Assembly: GCA_009914755.4 (NCBI GenBank)
Contig: CP086569.2
Span: forward strand, 51,232,001-51,296,000
Length of the DNA stretch: 64,000 bases
Direction: 5' to 3'
Source: the human T2T-CHM13v2.0 reference genome, Homo sapiens
The stretch's first letter is position 1. Each line of letters starts with the position of its first letter. Made by a program: the position numbers and the translations under genes. Of this stretch, positions 14,272 through 28,471 are shown one piece after another. The notes beneath the pieces are model-generated. The model ran no database searches, had not been told where the DNA came from, and saw nothing but the letters and a program-made list of their open reading frames with translations.

Positions 14272-17200
14272 AATGGAATGGAATGTATTAGAATGTAATG
14301 AACTTTAATGGAATGTACTCGAATGGATTCGACTGGAATGGAATGTTCTGGAAGTGAATGGACTCCAATGGAATGGATTCAAAAGGAATGGAATCGTACG
14401 GAATGGAATCTAATGGAATGGAATTAAATGGAAATGAATCAAATTGAATAGCACGGAATTGAATTGAATGGAATGGAATGCAATGGAATCTAATGAAACG
14501 GAAAGGAAAGGAATGGAATGGAATGGAATGGGCTGGAATGGAAAGGAATCGAAACGAATGGAATGGAATCGAACTGAAGAGACTGGAATGGAATGCACTG
14601 GAATGGAAGGGAGTGTAATGGAAGGTTCTCGAAAAAAATGGAATCGAATGGAATGGAATTGAATGGAACGGAATAGAGTCGAATGGAATTGAATGGAATG
14701 GAATGGACTAGAGTGAAATGGAATCGAACCACAAGGAATGGAGAGGAATAGAATGGTCTCGAATTGAATGGAATCATATGGAATGGCATCAAACGGAATG
14801 GAATGGACAGCCACGGAATGGAATGCACTCGAATGCAATGGAGTCGAAACTAATGGACTGGAATAGAATGGACTCGACTGGTACGGACTCCAATGGAATG
14901 GAATCGAATGGAAGGGAATCGAACGGAATGGACTCGAAGGGAAAAGACTGCAATGGAAAGGTCTCGAATGGAATGGAAATTAATGGAATGGAATGGAATC
15001 GAATGAAATGTAGTCAAAAGGAATGGAATCGAATGGCAAGAAATCGAATGTAATGGAATCGCAAGGAATTGATGTGAACGGAACGGAATGGAATGGAATC
15101 CAAAGGAATGGAATAGAATGGAATGGAATCGAATGGAAAGGACTCGAATGGAAATCACTCGAATAGAATGCAATTTAATAAAATAGGATCAAATATAATG
15201 GAATGGAATGGAAAGGAATCGAAACGAAAGGAATGGAGACAGATGGAATGGAATAGAACAGAGAGCAATGGTATAGAATGGAATGGAATCATCTGGAATG
15301 GAATTGAATGGAATGGAATAATATGAAATGGAATGGAATGGAATGGAATGGAATGCCCTTGAATTAAATGGACTGGAATGGAATGGACTCGAACAGAGTG
15401 GAATGGAAAGTGTTGAGATAGAATGGAATGGACTCCTTTGGAATGGTGTAGTATGCAATGCAATCGACTGGCAGGGAATCAAAAGGAATGTAATCGAATG
15501 GATTGGACTGGAATGCAATGGACTCGAATAGATTGGAAACGGGATGCAAAGGAATGGAATGGAATAGTATGGAATGGAATGGAAAGGAATGGAGTGGAAT
15601 AGACTAGAGTGGAATGGAATGGACTGGAAAGCAATGGACTGGAATGGAACTTTCTTGAATGGACTGGAATCAAACGGAATGGAATGCAATGCAATCAAAT
15701 GGCATGGAATAAAATAGAATGAAAGAGAATCAAATGGAATTGAATCGAATGGAATCGAATGGATTGGAAAGGAATAGAATGGAATGGAATGGAATTGACT
15801 CAAATGGAATGGACTAGAATGGAATGGATTCGAATGGAAGGCAAAGGAATGGAATCTATTGGAATGGACTGTAATGGAATGGAATGGAAGGGATTGGAAT
15901 GGACTCGAATGGAATGGACTGCAATAGAAAGGATTCGAATGGAATGAAAAAGAATTGAATGGAATAGAACAGAATGGAATCAAATCGAATGAAATGGAAT
16001 GGAATAGAAAGGAATGGAATGAAATGGAATGGAAAGGATTCGAATGGAATGCAATCGAATGGAATGGAATCGAACGGAATGGAATAAAATGGAAGAAAAC
16101 TGGCAAGAAATGGAATCGAAATGAATGGAGTGTTATGGAACGGACTCAAAAGGAATTGAATGTAATAGAATGGAGTGGAGTGGACTCGAATATAATGGAC
16201 TGGAATGGAATGAAATCACATGGAATGGGAACGAATGGAATGGAATGGAAAGGAATGGAATCGAATGGAAAGGAATCGAATGGAAGGGAATGAAATTGAA
16301 TCAACAGGAATGGAAGGGAATAGAATAGACGGTAATGGAATGGACTCGAATAGAATGGACACGAATGCTCAAATTGAATGGACTCGAATGGAATGGAAAC
16401 GAAAGGAATGTCATCGAATGGAATTGAATCGATTGGAATGAAATCGCACAGAATGGAGTGGAATCAAATGGAATTGAATCGAAAGGAAAGGAAGCGAATG
16501 GACTGAAATGAAATGGAATGGAATTGAATGGAAAGTAATGCAATGGAATAGAATGGAACTAAATTTCACGGAATGGAATCAAACTGAATGGAATCAAATC
16601 AATGGAATCAAATCAAATGGAATGGAAAGGAATTGAATGGAGTAGATTGGATTGGATGGGATTGGAATGAAATGTACTGGAAAGGACTCGAATTTCATGA
16701 AACGGAATGGAATGAATTGGAACGGAATGGACTCGAATGGAATGGAATGTCATGGAATGGCATCAAATGGAATGGCATCAAATGGAATGGAATCGAATGC
16801 AATGGAATGCTATGGAATGGAATGGAATGCATTGGAATGGAATGTCCTCTAATGGAATGGATTCGAGTGGAATGGAATCGAATATAATGGAGTCGAATGA
16901 AATGGAATTGAAAGGAATGGGATCGAATACAATGGAATATACTGGAATGTAATGTAATGAACTCGAATGTAATTGACTGGAATGGAATGTACATGAATGG
17001 AATGTAATCGAATGGAAAGTAATCCAATGGAATAGAATCTAATGCAATAAAATCGACTCAGATAGAGTAGAATGTAATGGAATGGAGTGCAGTGCAATGG
17101 AATGGAATGGAATGGAATGCAATTGAATGGAATGGAATGGAATGGAATGGAATGGAATGGGATGGAATGGTATGGAATGGATAGTAATGGACTGGAGTGA

Positions 17201-17830
17201 AATGGACTGGAAAGGAATGGACTCAAATTGAAAGGGCTCGAAAGGAATGGAGTCAAATGGAATGGTCTGGAATGGAATGAACACGAATGTATTGCAATCC
17301 AATAGAATGGAATCGAATGGCATGGAATATAAAGAAATGGAATCGGAGAGAATGGAAACAAATGGAATAGAATTGAATGGAATGGAATTGAATGGAATGG
17401 GAACGAATGGAGTGAAATTGTATGCAGTAGAAGGGAATAGAATGGAATGCAAGCGAAAGGAAAGGAATGGATTGGAATGGAATGGAATTCATTGGAATGG
17501 AAGGGAATGTAGTGTAATGGACAGGCCTGGAATAAAGTGGAATGCTACGGTCTCGAATGGAATAAAAATGTATGGAATGGAATGCAATGAAATGGAATCG
17601 AATGTCATAGAATGTAATGGAATGCAACAAAATGGAATCCAAAATCATTGACTGGAAAGGCTGGGTGTCGAAAGGAATTGACTCCAATGGAATGGAATCG
17701 AATGGAATGGAAGTGAATAGAATCGAACTAAATCGAATGGAATGGAATTGATAGGAACGGAATGGAAAGGAATGCAATGATTTGGCATGGAATGGAATCG
17801 AATGGCATCGAATGGAATGGAATGGAATGC
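14272..17830 (+). repeat. Higher-order repeat unit 5 (3559 bp)
   Basis: Landmark recurrence. Confidence 0.8.
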
Positions 17831-20800
17831 AATGGAATGGAATGTATTAGAATGTAATGAACTTTAATGGAATGTACTCGAATGGATTCGACTGGAATGG
17901 AATGTTCTGGAAGTGAATGGACTCCAATGGAATGGATTCAAAAGGAATGGAATCGTACGGAATGGAATCTAATGGAATGGAATTAAATGGAAATGAATCA
18001 AATTGAATAGCACGGAATTGAATTGAATGGAATGGAATGCAATGGAATCTAATGAAACGGAAAGGAAAGGAATGGAATGGAATGGAATGGGCTGGAATGG
18101 AAAGGAATCGAAACGAATGGAATGGAATCGAACTGAAGAGACTGGAATGGAATGCACTGGAATGGAAGGGAGTGTAATGGAAGGTTCTCGAAAAAAATGG
18201 AATCGAATGGAATGGAATTGAATGGAACGGAATAGAGTCGAATGGAATTGAATGGAATGGAATGGACTAGAGTGAAATGGAATCGAACCACAAGGAATGG
18301 AGAGGAATAGAATGGTCTCGAATTGAATGGAATCATATGGAATGGCATCAAACGGAATGGAATGGACAGCCACGGAATGGAATGCACTCGAATGCAATGG
18401 AGTCGAAACTAATGGACTGGAATAGAATGGACTCGACTGGTACGGACTCCAATGGAATGGAATCGAATGGAAGGGAATCGAACGGAATGGACTCGAAGGG
18501 AAAAGACTGCAATGGAAAGGTCTCGAATGGAATGGAAATTAATGGAATGGAATGGAATCGAATGAAATGGAGTCAAAAGGAATGGAATCGAATGGCAAGA
18601 AATCGAATGTAATGGAATCGCAAGGAATTGATGTGAACGGAACGGAATGGAATGGAATCCAAAGGAATGGAATAGAATGGAATGGAATCGAATGGAAAGG
18701 ACTCGAATGGAAATCACTCGAATAGAATGCAATTTAATAAAATAGGATCAAATGTAATGGAATGGAATGGAAAGGAATCGAAACGAAAGGAATGGAGACA
18801 GATGGAATGGAATGGAACAGAGAGCAATGGTATAGAATGGAATGGAATCATCTGGAATGGAATTGAATGGAATGGAATAATATGAAATGGAATGGAATGG
18901 AATGGAATGGAATGCCCTTGAATTAAATGGACTGGAATGGAATGGACTCGAACAGAGTGGAATGGAAAGTGTTGAGATAGAATGGAATGGACTCCTTTGG
19001 AATGGTGTAGTATGCAATGCAATCGACTGGCAGGGAATCAAAAGGAATGTAATCGAATGGATTGGACTGGAATGCAATGGACTCGAATAGATTGGAAACG
19101 GAATGCAAAGGAATGGAATGGAATAGTATGGAATGGAATGGAAAGGAATGGAGTGGAATAGACTAGAGTGGAATGGAATGGACTGGAAAGCAATGGACTG
19201 GAATGGAACTTTCTTGAATGGACTGGAATCAAACGGAATGGAATGCAATGCAATCAAATGGCATGGAATAAAATAGAATGAAAGAGAATCAAATGGAATT
19301 GAATCGAATGGAATCGAATGGATTGGAAAGGAATAGAATGGAATGGAATGGAATTGACTCAAATGGAATGGACTAGAATGGAATGGATTCGAATGGAAGG
19401 CAAAGGAATGGAATCTATTGGAATGGACTGTAATGGAATGGAATGGAAGGGATTGGAATGGGCTCGAATGGAATGGACTGCAATAGAAAGGATTCGAATG
19501 GAATGAAAAAGAATTGAATGGAATAGAACAGAATGGAATCAAATCGAATGAAATGGAATGGAATAGAAAGGAATGGAATGAAATGGAATGGAAAGGATTC
19601 GAATGGAATGCAATCGAATGGAATGGAATCGAACGGAATGGAATAAAATGGAAGAAAACTGGCAAGAAATGGAATCGAAATGAATGGAGTGTTATGGAAC
19701 GGAGTCAAAAGGAATTGAATGTAATAGAATGGAGTGGAGTGGACTCGAATATAATGGACTGGAATGGAATGAAATCACATGGAATGGGAACGAATGGAAT
19801 GGAATGGAAAGGAATGGAATCGAATGGAAAGGAATCGAATGGAAGGGAATGCAATTGAATCAACAGGAATGGAAGGGAATAGAATAGACGGTAATGGAAT
19901 GGACTCGAATAGAATGGACAGGAATGCTCAAATTGAATGGACTCGAATGGAATGGAAACGAAAGGAATGTCATCGAATGGAATTGAATCGATTGGAATGA
20001 AATCATATAGAATGGAGTGGAATCAAATGGAATTGAATCGAAAGGAAAGGAAACAAATGGACTGAAATGAAATGGAATGGAATTGAATGGAAAGTTATGT
20101 AATGGAATAGAGTGGAACGAAATTTCACGGAATTTATTCAAACTGAATGGAATCAAATCAATGGAATCAAATCAAATGGAATGGAAAGGAATTGAATGGA
20201 GTAGTTTGGATTGGATGGGATTGGAATGAAATGTACTGGAAAGGACTCGAATTTCATGAAACGGATTGGAATGAATTGGAACGGAACGGACTCGAATGGA
20301 ATGGAATGTCATGGAATGGCATCAAATGGAATGGCATCAAATGGAATGGAATCGAATGCAATGGAATGCTATGGAATGGAATGGAATGCATTGGAATGGA
20401 ATGTCCTCTAATGGAATGGATTCGAGTGGAATGGAATCGAATATAATGGAGTCGAATGAAATGGAACTGAAAGGAATGGGATCGAATACAATGGAATATA
20501 CTGGAATGTAATGTAATGAACTCGAATGTAATTGACTGGAATGGAATGTACATGAATGGAATGTAATCGAATGGAAAGTAATCCAATGGAATAGAATCTG
20601 ATGCAATAAAATCGACTCAGATAGAGTAGAATGTAATGGAATGGAGTGCAGTGCAATGGAATGGAATGGAATGCAATGGAATGGAATGGAATGGAATGGA
20701 ATGGAATGGAATGGAATGGTGTGGAATGGATAGTAATGGACTGGAGTGAAATGGACTGGAAAGGAATGGACTCAAATTGAAAGGGCTCGAAAGGAATGGA

Positions 20801-21379
20801 GTCAAATGGAATGGTCTGGAATGGAATGAACACGAATGTAATGCAATCCAATAGAATGGAATCGAATGGCATGGAATATAAAGAAATGGAATCGAAGAGA
20901 ATGGAAACAAATGGAATGGAATTGAGTGGAATCGAATTGAATGGAATGGGAACGAATGGAGTGAAATTGTATGCAGTAGAAGAGAATAGAATGGAATGCA
21001 AGCGAAAGGAAAGGAATGGATTGGAATGGAATGGAATTCATTGGAATGGAAGGGAATGTAGTGTAATGGACAGGCCTGGAATAAAGTGGAATGCTACGGT
21101 CTCGAATGGAATAAAAATGTATGGAATGGAATGCAATGAAACGGAATAGAATGTCATAGAATGTAATGGAATGCAACAAAATGGAATCCAAAATCATTGA
21201 CTGGAAAGGCTGGGTGTCGAAAGGAATTGACTCCAATGGAATGGAATCGAATGGAATGGAAGTGAATAGAATCGAACTAAATCGAATGGAATGGAATTGA
21301 TAGGAACGGAATGGAAAGGAATGCAATGATTTGGCATGGAATGGAATCGAATGGCATCGAATGGAATGGAATGGAATGC
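17831..21379 (+). repeat. Higher-order repeat unit 6 (3549 bp)
   Basis: Landmark recurrence. Confidence 0.8.
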
Positions 21380-24300
21380 AATGGAATGGAATGTATTAGA
21401 ATGTAATGAACTTTAATGGAATGTACTCGAATGGATTCGACTGGAATGGAATGTTCTGGAAGTGAATGGACTCCAATGGAATGGATTCAAAAGGAATGGA
21501 ATCGTACGGAATGGAATCTAATGGAATGGAATTAAATGGAAATGAATCAAATTGAATAGCACGGAATTGAATTGAATGGAATGGAATGCAATGGAATCTA
21601 ATGAAACGGAAAGGAAAGGAATGGAATGGAATGGAATGGGCTGGAATGGAAAGGAATCGAAACGAATGGAATGGAATCGAACTGAAGAGACTGGAATGGA
21701 ATGCACTGGAATGGAAGGGAGTGTAATGGAAGGTTCTCGAAAAAAATGGAATCGAATGGAATGGAATTGAATGGAACGGAATAGAGTCGAATGGAATTGA
21801 ATGGAATGGAATGGACTAGAGTGAAATGGAATCGAACCACAAGGAATGGAGAGGAATAGAATGGTCTCGAATTGAATGGAATCATATGGAATGGCATCAA
21901 ACGGAATGGAATGGACAGCCACGGAATGGAATGCACTCGAATGCAATGGAGTCGAAACTAATGGACTGGAATAGAATGGACTCGACTGGTACGGACTCCA
22001 ATGGAATGGAATCGAATGGAAGGGAATCGAACGGAATGGACTCGAAGGGAAAAGACTGCAATGGAAAGGTCTCGAATGGAATGGAAATTAATGGAATGGA
22101 ATGGAATCGAATGAAATGGAGTCAAAAGGAATGGAATCGAATGGCAAGAAATCGAATGTAATGGAATCGCAAGGAATTGATGTGAACGGAACGGAATGGA
22201 ATGGAATCCAAAGGAATGGAATAGAATGGAATGGAATCGAATGGAAAGGACTCGAATGGAAATCACTCGAATAGAATGCAATTTAATAAAATAGGATCAA
22301 ATGTAATGGAATGGAATGGAAAGGAATCGAAACGAAAGGAATGGAGACAGATGGAATGGAATGGAACAGAGAGCAATGGTATAGAATGGAATGGAATCAT
22401 CTGGAATGGAATTGAATGGAATGGAATAATATGAAATGGAATGGAATGGAATGGAATGGAATGCCCTTGAATTAAATGGACTGGAATGGAATGGACTCGA
22501 ACAGAGTGGAATGGAAAGTGTTGAGATAGAATGGAATGGACTCCTTTGGAATGGTGTAGTATGCAATGCAATCGACTGGCAGGGAATCAAAAGGAATGTA
22601 ATGGAATGGATTGGACTGGAATGCAATGGACTCGAATAGATTGGAAACGGAATGCAAAGGAATGGAATGGAATAGTATGGAATGGAATGGAAAGGAATGG
22701 AGTGGAATAGACTAGAGTGGAATGGAATGGACTGGAAAGCAATGGACTGGAATGGAACTTTCTTGAATGGACTGGAATCAAACGGAATGGAATGCAATGC
22801 AATCAAATGGCATGGAATAAAATAGAATGAAAGAGAATCAAATGGAATTGAATCGAATGGAATCGAATGGATTGGAAAGGAATAGAATGGAATGGAATGG
22901 AATTGACTCAAATGGAATGGACTAGAATGGAATGGATTCGAATGGAAGGCAAAGGAATGGAATCTATTGGAATGGACTGTAATGGAATGGAATGGAAGGG
23001 ATTGGAATGGGCTCGAATGGAATGGACTGCAATAGAAAGAATTCGAATGGAATGAAAAAGAATTGAATGGAATAGAACAGAATGGAATCAAATCGAATGA
23101 AATGGAATGGAATAGAAAGGAATGGAATGAAATGGAATGGAAAGGATTCGAATGGAATGCAATCGAATGGAATGGAATCGAACGGAATGGAATAAAATGG
23201 AAGAAAACTGGCAAGAAATGGAATCGAAATGAATGGAGTGTTATGGAACGGAGTCAAAAGGAATTGAATGTAATAGAATGGAGTGGAGTGGACTCGAATA
23301 TAATGGACTGGAATGGAATGAAATCACATGGAATGGGAACGAATGGAATGGAATGGAAAGGAATGGAATCGAATGGAAAGGAATCGAATGGAAGGGAATG
23401 CAATTGAATCAACAGGAATGGAAGGGAATAGAATAGACGGTAATGGAATGGACTCGAATAGAATGGACAGGAATGCTCAAATTGAATGGAAACGAAAGGA
23501 ATGTCATCGAATGGAATTGAATCGATTGGAATGAAATCATATAGAATGGAGTGGAATCAAATGGAATTGAATCGAAAGGAAAGGAAACAAATGGACTGAA
23601 ATGAAATGGAATGGAATTGAATGGAAAGTTATGTAATGGAATAGAGTGGAACGAAATTTCACGGAATGGATTCAAACTGAATGGAATCAAATCAATGGAA
23701 TCAAATCAAATGGAATGGAAAGGAATTGAATGGAGTAGTTTGGATTGGATGGGATTGGAATGAAATGTACTGGAAAGGACTCGAATTTCATGAAACGGAA
23801 TGGAATGAATTGGAACGGAACGGACTCGAATGGAATGGAATGTCATGGAATGGCATCAAATGGAATGGCATCAAATGGAATGGAATCGAATGCAATGGAA
23901 TGCTATGGAATGGAATGGAATGCATTGGAATGGAATGTCCTCTAATGGAATGGATTCGAGTGGAATGGAATCGAATATAATGGAGTCGAATGAAATGGAA
24001 CTGAAAGGAATGGGATCGAATACAATGGAATATACTGGAATGTAATGTAATGAACTCGAATGTAATTGACTGGAATGGAATGTACATGAATGGAATGTAA
24101 TCGAATGGAAAGTAATCCAATGGAATAGAATCTAATGCAATAAAATCGACTCAGATAGAGTAGAATGTAATGGAATGGAGTGCAGTGCAATGGAATGGAA
24201 TGGAATGCAATGGAATGGAATGGAATGGAATGGAATGGAATGGAATGGTGTGGAATGGATAGTAATGGACTGGAGTGAAATGGACTGGAAAGGAATGGAC

Positions 24301-24908
24301 TCAAATTGAAAGGGCTCGAAAGGAATGGAGTCAAATGGAATGGTCTGGAATGGAATGAACACGAATGTAATGCAATCCAATAGAATGGAATCGAATGGCA
24401 TGGAATATAAAGAAATGGAATCGAAGAGAATGGAAACAAATGGAATGGAATTGAGTGGAATCGAATTGAATGGAATGGGAACGAATGGAGTGAAATTGTA
24501 TGCAGTAGAAGAGAATAGAATGGAATGCAAGCGAAAGGAAAGGAATGGATTGGAATGGAATGGAATTCATTGGAATGGAAGGGAATGTAGTGTAATGGAC
24601 AGGCCTGGAATAAAGTGGAATGCTACGGTCTCGAATGGAATAAAAATGTATGGAATGGAATGCAATGAAACGGAATCGAATGTCATAGAATGTAATGGAA
24701 TGCAACAAAATGGAATCCAAAATCATTGACTGGAAAGGCTGGGTGTCGAAAGGAATTGACTCCAATGGAATGGAATCGAATGGAATGGAAGTGAATAGAA
24801 TCGAACTAAATCGAATGGAATGGAATTGATAGGAACGGAATGGAAAGGAATGCAATGATTTGGCATGGAATGGAATCGAATGGCATCGAATGGAATGGAA
24901 TGGAATGC
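21380..24908 (+). repeat. Higher-order repeat unit 7 (3529 bp; two ~15 bp pentamer-multiple deletions near 23480 and 23600)
   Basis: Landmark recurrence. The pseudo-ORFs at 23328-23534 and 23409-23690 are each 5 codons shorter than their counterparts in other units. Confidence 0.75.
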
Positions 24909-27900
24909 AATGGAATGGAATGTATTAGAATGTAATGAACTTTAATGGAATGTACTCGAATGGATTCGACTGGAATGGAATGTTCTGGAAGTGAATGGAC
25001 TCCAATGGAATGGATTCCAAAGGAATGCAATCGTACGGAATGGAATCTAATGGAATGGAATTAAATGGAAATGAATCAAATTGAATAGCACGGAATTGAA
25101 TTGAATGAAATGGAATGCAATGGAATCTAATGAAACGGAAAGGAAAGGAATGGAATGGAATGGAATGGGCTGGAATGGAAAGGAATCGAAACGAATGGAA
25201 TGGAATCGAACTGAAGAGACTGGAATGGAATGCACTGGAATGGAAGGAAGTGTAATGGAAGGTTCTCGAAAAAAATGGAATCGAATGGAATGGAATTGAA
25301 TGGAACGGAATAGAGTCGAATGAAATTGAATGGAATGGAATGGACTAGAGTGAAATGGAATCGAACCACAAGGAATGGACAGGAATAGAATGGTCTCGAA
25401 TTGAATGGAATCGTATGGAATGGCATCAAACGGAATGGAATGGACAGCCACGGAATGGAATGCACTCGAATGCAATGGAGTCGAAACTAATGGACTGGAA
25501 TAGAATGGACTCGACTGGTACGGACTCCAATGGAATGGAATCGAATGGAAGGGAATTGAACGGAATGGACTCGAAGGGAAAAGACTGCAATGGAAAGGTC
25601 TCGAATGGAATGGAAATTAATGGAATGGAATGGAATCGAATGAAATGGAGTCAAAAGGAATGGAATCGAATGGCAAGAAATCGAATGTAATGGAATCGCA
25701 AGGAATTGATGTGAACGGAACGGAATGGAATGGAATCCAAAGGAATGGAATAGAATGGAATGGAATCGAATGGAAAGGACTCGAATGGAAATCACTCGAA
25801 TAGAATGCAATTTAATAAAATAGGATCAAATGGAATGGAATGGAATGGAAAGGAATCGAAACGAAAGGAATGGAGACAGATGGAATGGAATGGAACAGAG
25901 AGCAATGCTATAGAATGGAATGGAATCATCTGGAATGGAATTGAATGGAATGGAATAATGTGAAATGGAATGGAATGGAATGGAATGGAATGCCCTTGAA
26001 TTAAATGGACTGGAATGGAATGGACTCGAACAGAGTGGAATGGAAAGTGTTGAGATAGAATGGAATGGACTCCTTTGGAATGGTCTAGTATGCAATGCAA
26101 TCGACTGGTAGGGAATCAAAAGGAATGAAATCGAATGGATTGGACTGGAATGCAATGGACTCGAATAGATTGGAAACGGAATGCAAAGGAATGGAATGGA
26201 ATAGTATGGAATGGAATGGAAAGGAATGGAGTGGAATAGACTAGAGTGGAATGGAATGGACTGGAAAGCAATGGACTGGAATGGAACTTTCTTGAATGGA
26301 CTGGAATCAAACGGAATGGAATGCAATGCAATCAAATGGCATGGAATAAAATAGAATGAAAGAGAATCAAATGGAATTGAATCGAATGGAATCGAATGGA
26401 TTGGAAAGGAATAGAATGGAATGGAATGGAATTGACTCAAATGGAATGGACTAGAATGGAATGGATTCGAATGGAAGGCAAAGGAATGGAATCTATTGGA
26501 ATGGACTGTAATGGAATGGAATGGAAGGGATTGGAATGGACTCGAATGGAATGGACTGCAATAGAAAGGATTCCAATGGAATGAAAAAGAATTGAATGGA
26601 ATAGAACAGAATGGAATCAAATCGAATGAAATGGAATGGAATAGAAAGGAATGGAATGAAATGGAATGGAAAGGATTCGAATGGAATGCAATCGAATGGA
26701 ATGGAATCGAACGGAATGGAATAAAATGGAAGAAAACTGGCAAGAAATGGAATCGAAATGAATGGAGTGTTATGGAACGGACTCAAAAGGAATTGAATGT
26801 AATAGAATGGAGTGGAGTGGACTCGAATATAATGGACTGGAATGGAATGAAATCACATGGAATGGGAACGAATGGAATGGAATGGAAAGGAATGGAATCG
26901 AATGGAAAGGAATCGAATGGAAGGGAATGAAATTGAATCAACAGGAATGGAAGGGAATAGAATAGACGGTAATGGAATGGACTCGAATAGAATGGACACG
27001 AATGCTCAAATTGAATGGACTCGAATGGAATGGAAACGAAAGGAATGTCATCGAATGGAATTGAATGGATTGGAATGAAATCGCATAGAATGGAGTGGAA
27101 TCAAATGGAATTGAATCGAAAGGAAAGGAAGCGAATGGACTGAAATGAAATGGAATGGAATTGAATGGAAAGTAATGCAATGGAATAGAATGGAACGAAA
27201 TTTCACGGAATGGAATCAAACTGAATGGAATCAAATCAATGGAATCTAATCAAATGGAATGGAAAGGAATTGAATGGAGTAGATTGGATTGAATGGGATT
27301 GGAATGAAATGTACTGGAAAGGACTCGAATTTCATGAAACGGAATGGAATGAATTGGAACGGAATGGACTCGAATGGAATGGAATGTCATGGAATGGCAT
27401 CAAATGGAATGGCATCAAATGGAATGGAATCGAATGCAATGGAATGTTATGGAATGGAATGGAATGCATTGGAATGGAATGTCCTCTAATGGAATGGATT
27501 CGAGTGGAATGGAATCGAATATAATGGAGTCGAATGAAATGGAATTGAAAGGAATGGGATCGAATAGAATGGAATATACTGGAATGTAATGTAATGAACT
27601 CGAATGTAATTGACTGGAATGGAATGTACATGAATGGAAGGTAATCGAATGGAAAGTAATCCAATGGAATAGAATCTAATGCAATAAAACCGACTCAGAT
27701 AGAGTAGAATGTAATGGAATGGAGTGCAGTGCAATGGAATGGAATGGAATTGAATGCAATGGAATGGAATGGAATGGAATGGAATGGAATGGGATGGAAT
27801 GGTATGGAATGGATAGAAATGGACTGGAGTGAAATGGACTGGAAAGGAATGGACTCAAATTGAAAGGGCTCGAAAGGAATGGAGTCAAATGGAATGGTCT

Positions 27901-28471
27901 GGAATGGAATGAACACGAATGTAATGCAATCCAATAGAATGGAATCGAATGGCATGGAATATAAAGAAATGGATACGAAGAGAATGGAAACAAATGGAAT
28001 GGAATTGAATGGAATGGAATTGAATGGAATGGGAACGAATGGAGTGAAATTGTATGCAGTAGAAGGGAATAGAATGGAATGCAAGCGAAAGGAAAGGAAT
28101 GGATTGGAATGGAATGGAATTCATTGGAATGGAAGGGAATTTAGTGTAATGGACAGGCCTGGAATAAAGTGGAATGCTACGGTCTCGAATGGAATAAAAA
28201 TGTATGGAATGGAATGCAATGAAACGGAATCGAATGTCATAGAATGTAATGGAATGCAACAAAATGGAATCCAAAATCATTGACTGGAAAGGCTGGGTGT
28301 CGAAAGGAATTGACTCCAATGGAATGGAATCGAATGGAATGGAAGTGAATAGAATCGAACTAAATCGAATGGAATGGAATTGATAGGAACGGAATGGAAA
28401 GGAATGCAATGATTTGGCATGGAATGGAATCGAATGGCATCGAATGGAATGGAATGGAATGCAATGGAATG
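24909..28471 (+). repeat. Higher-order repeat unit 8 (3563 bp)
   Basis: Landmark recurrence. Confidence 0.8.
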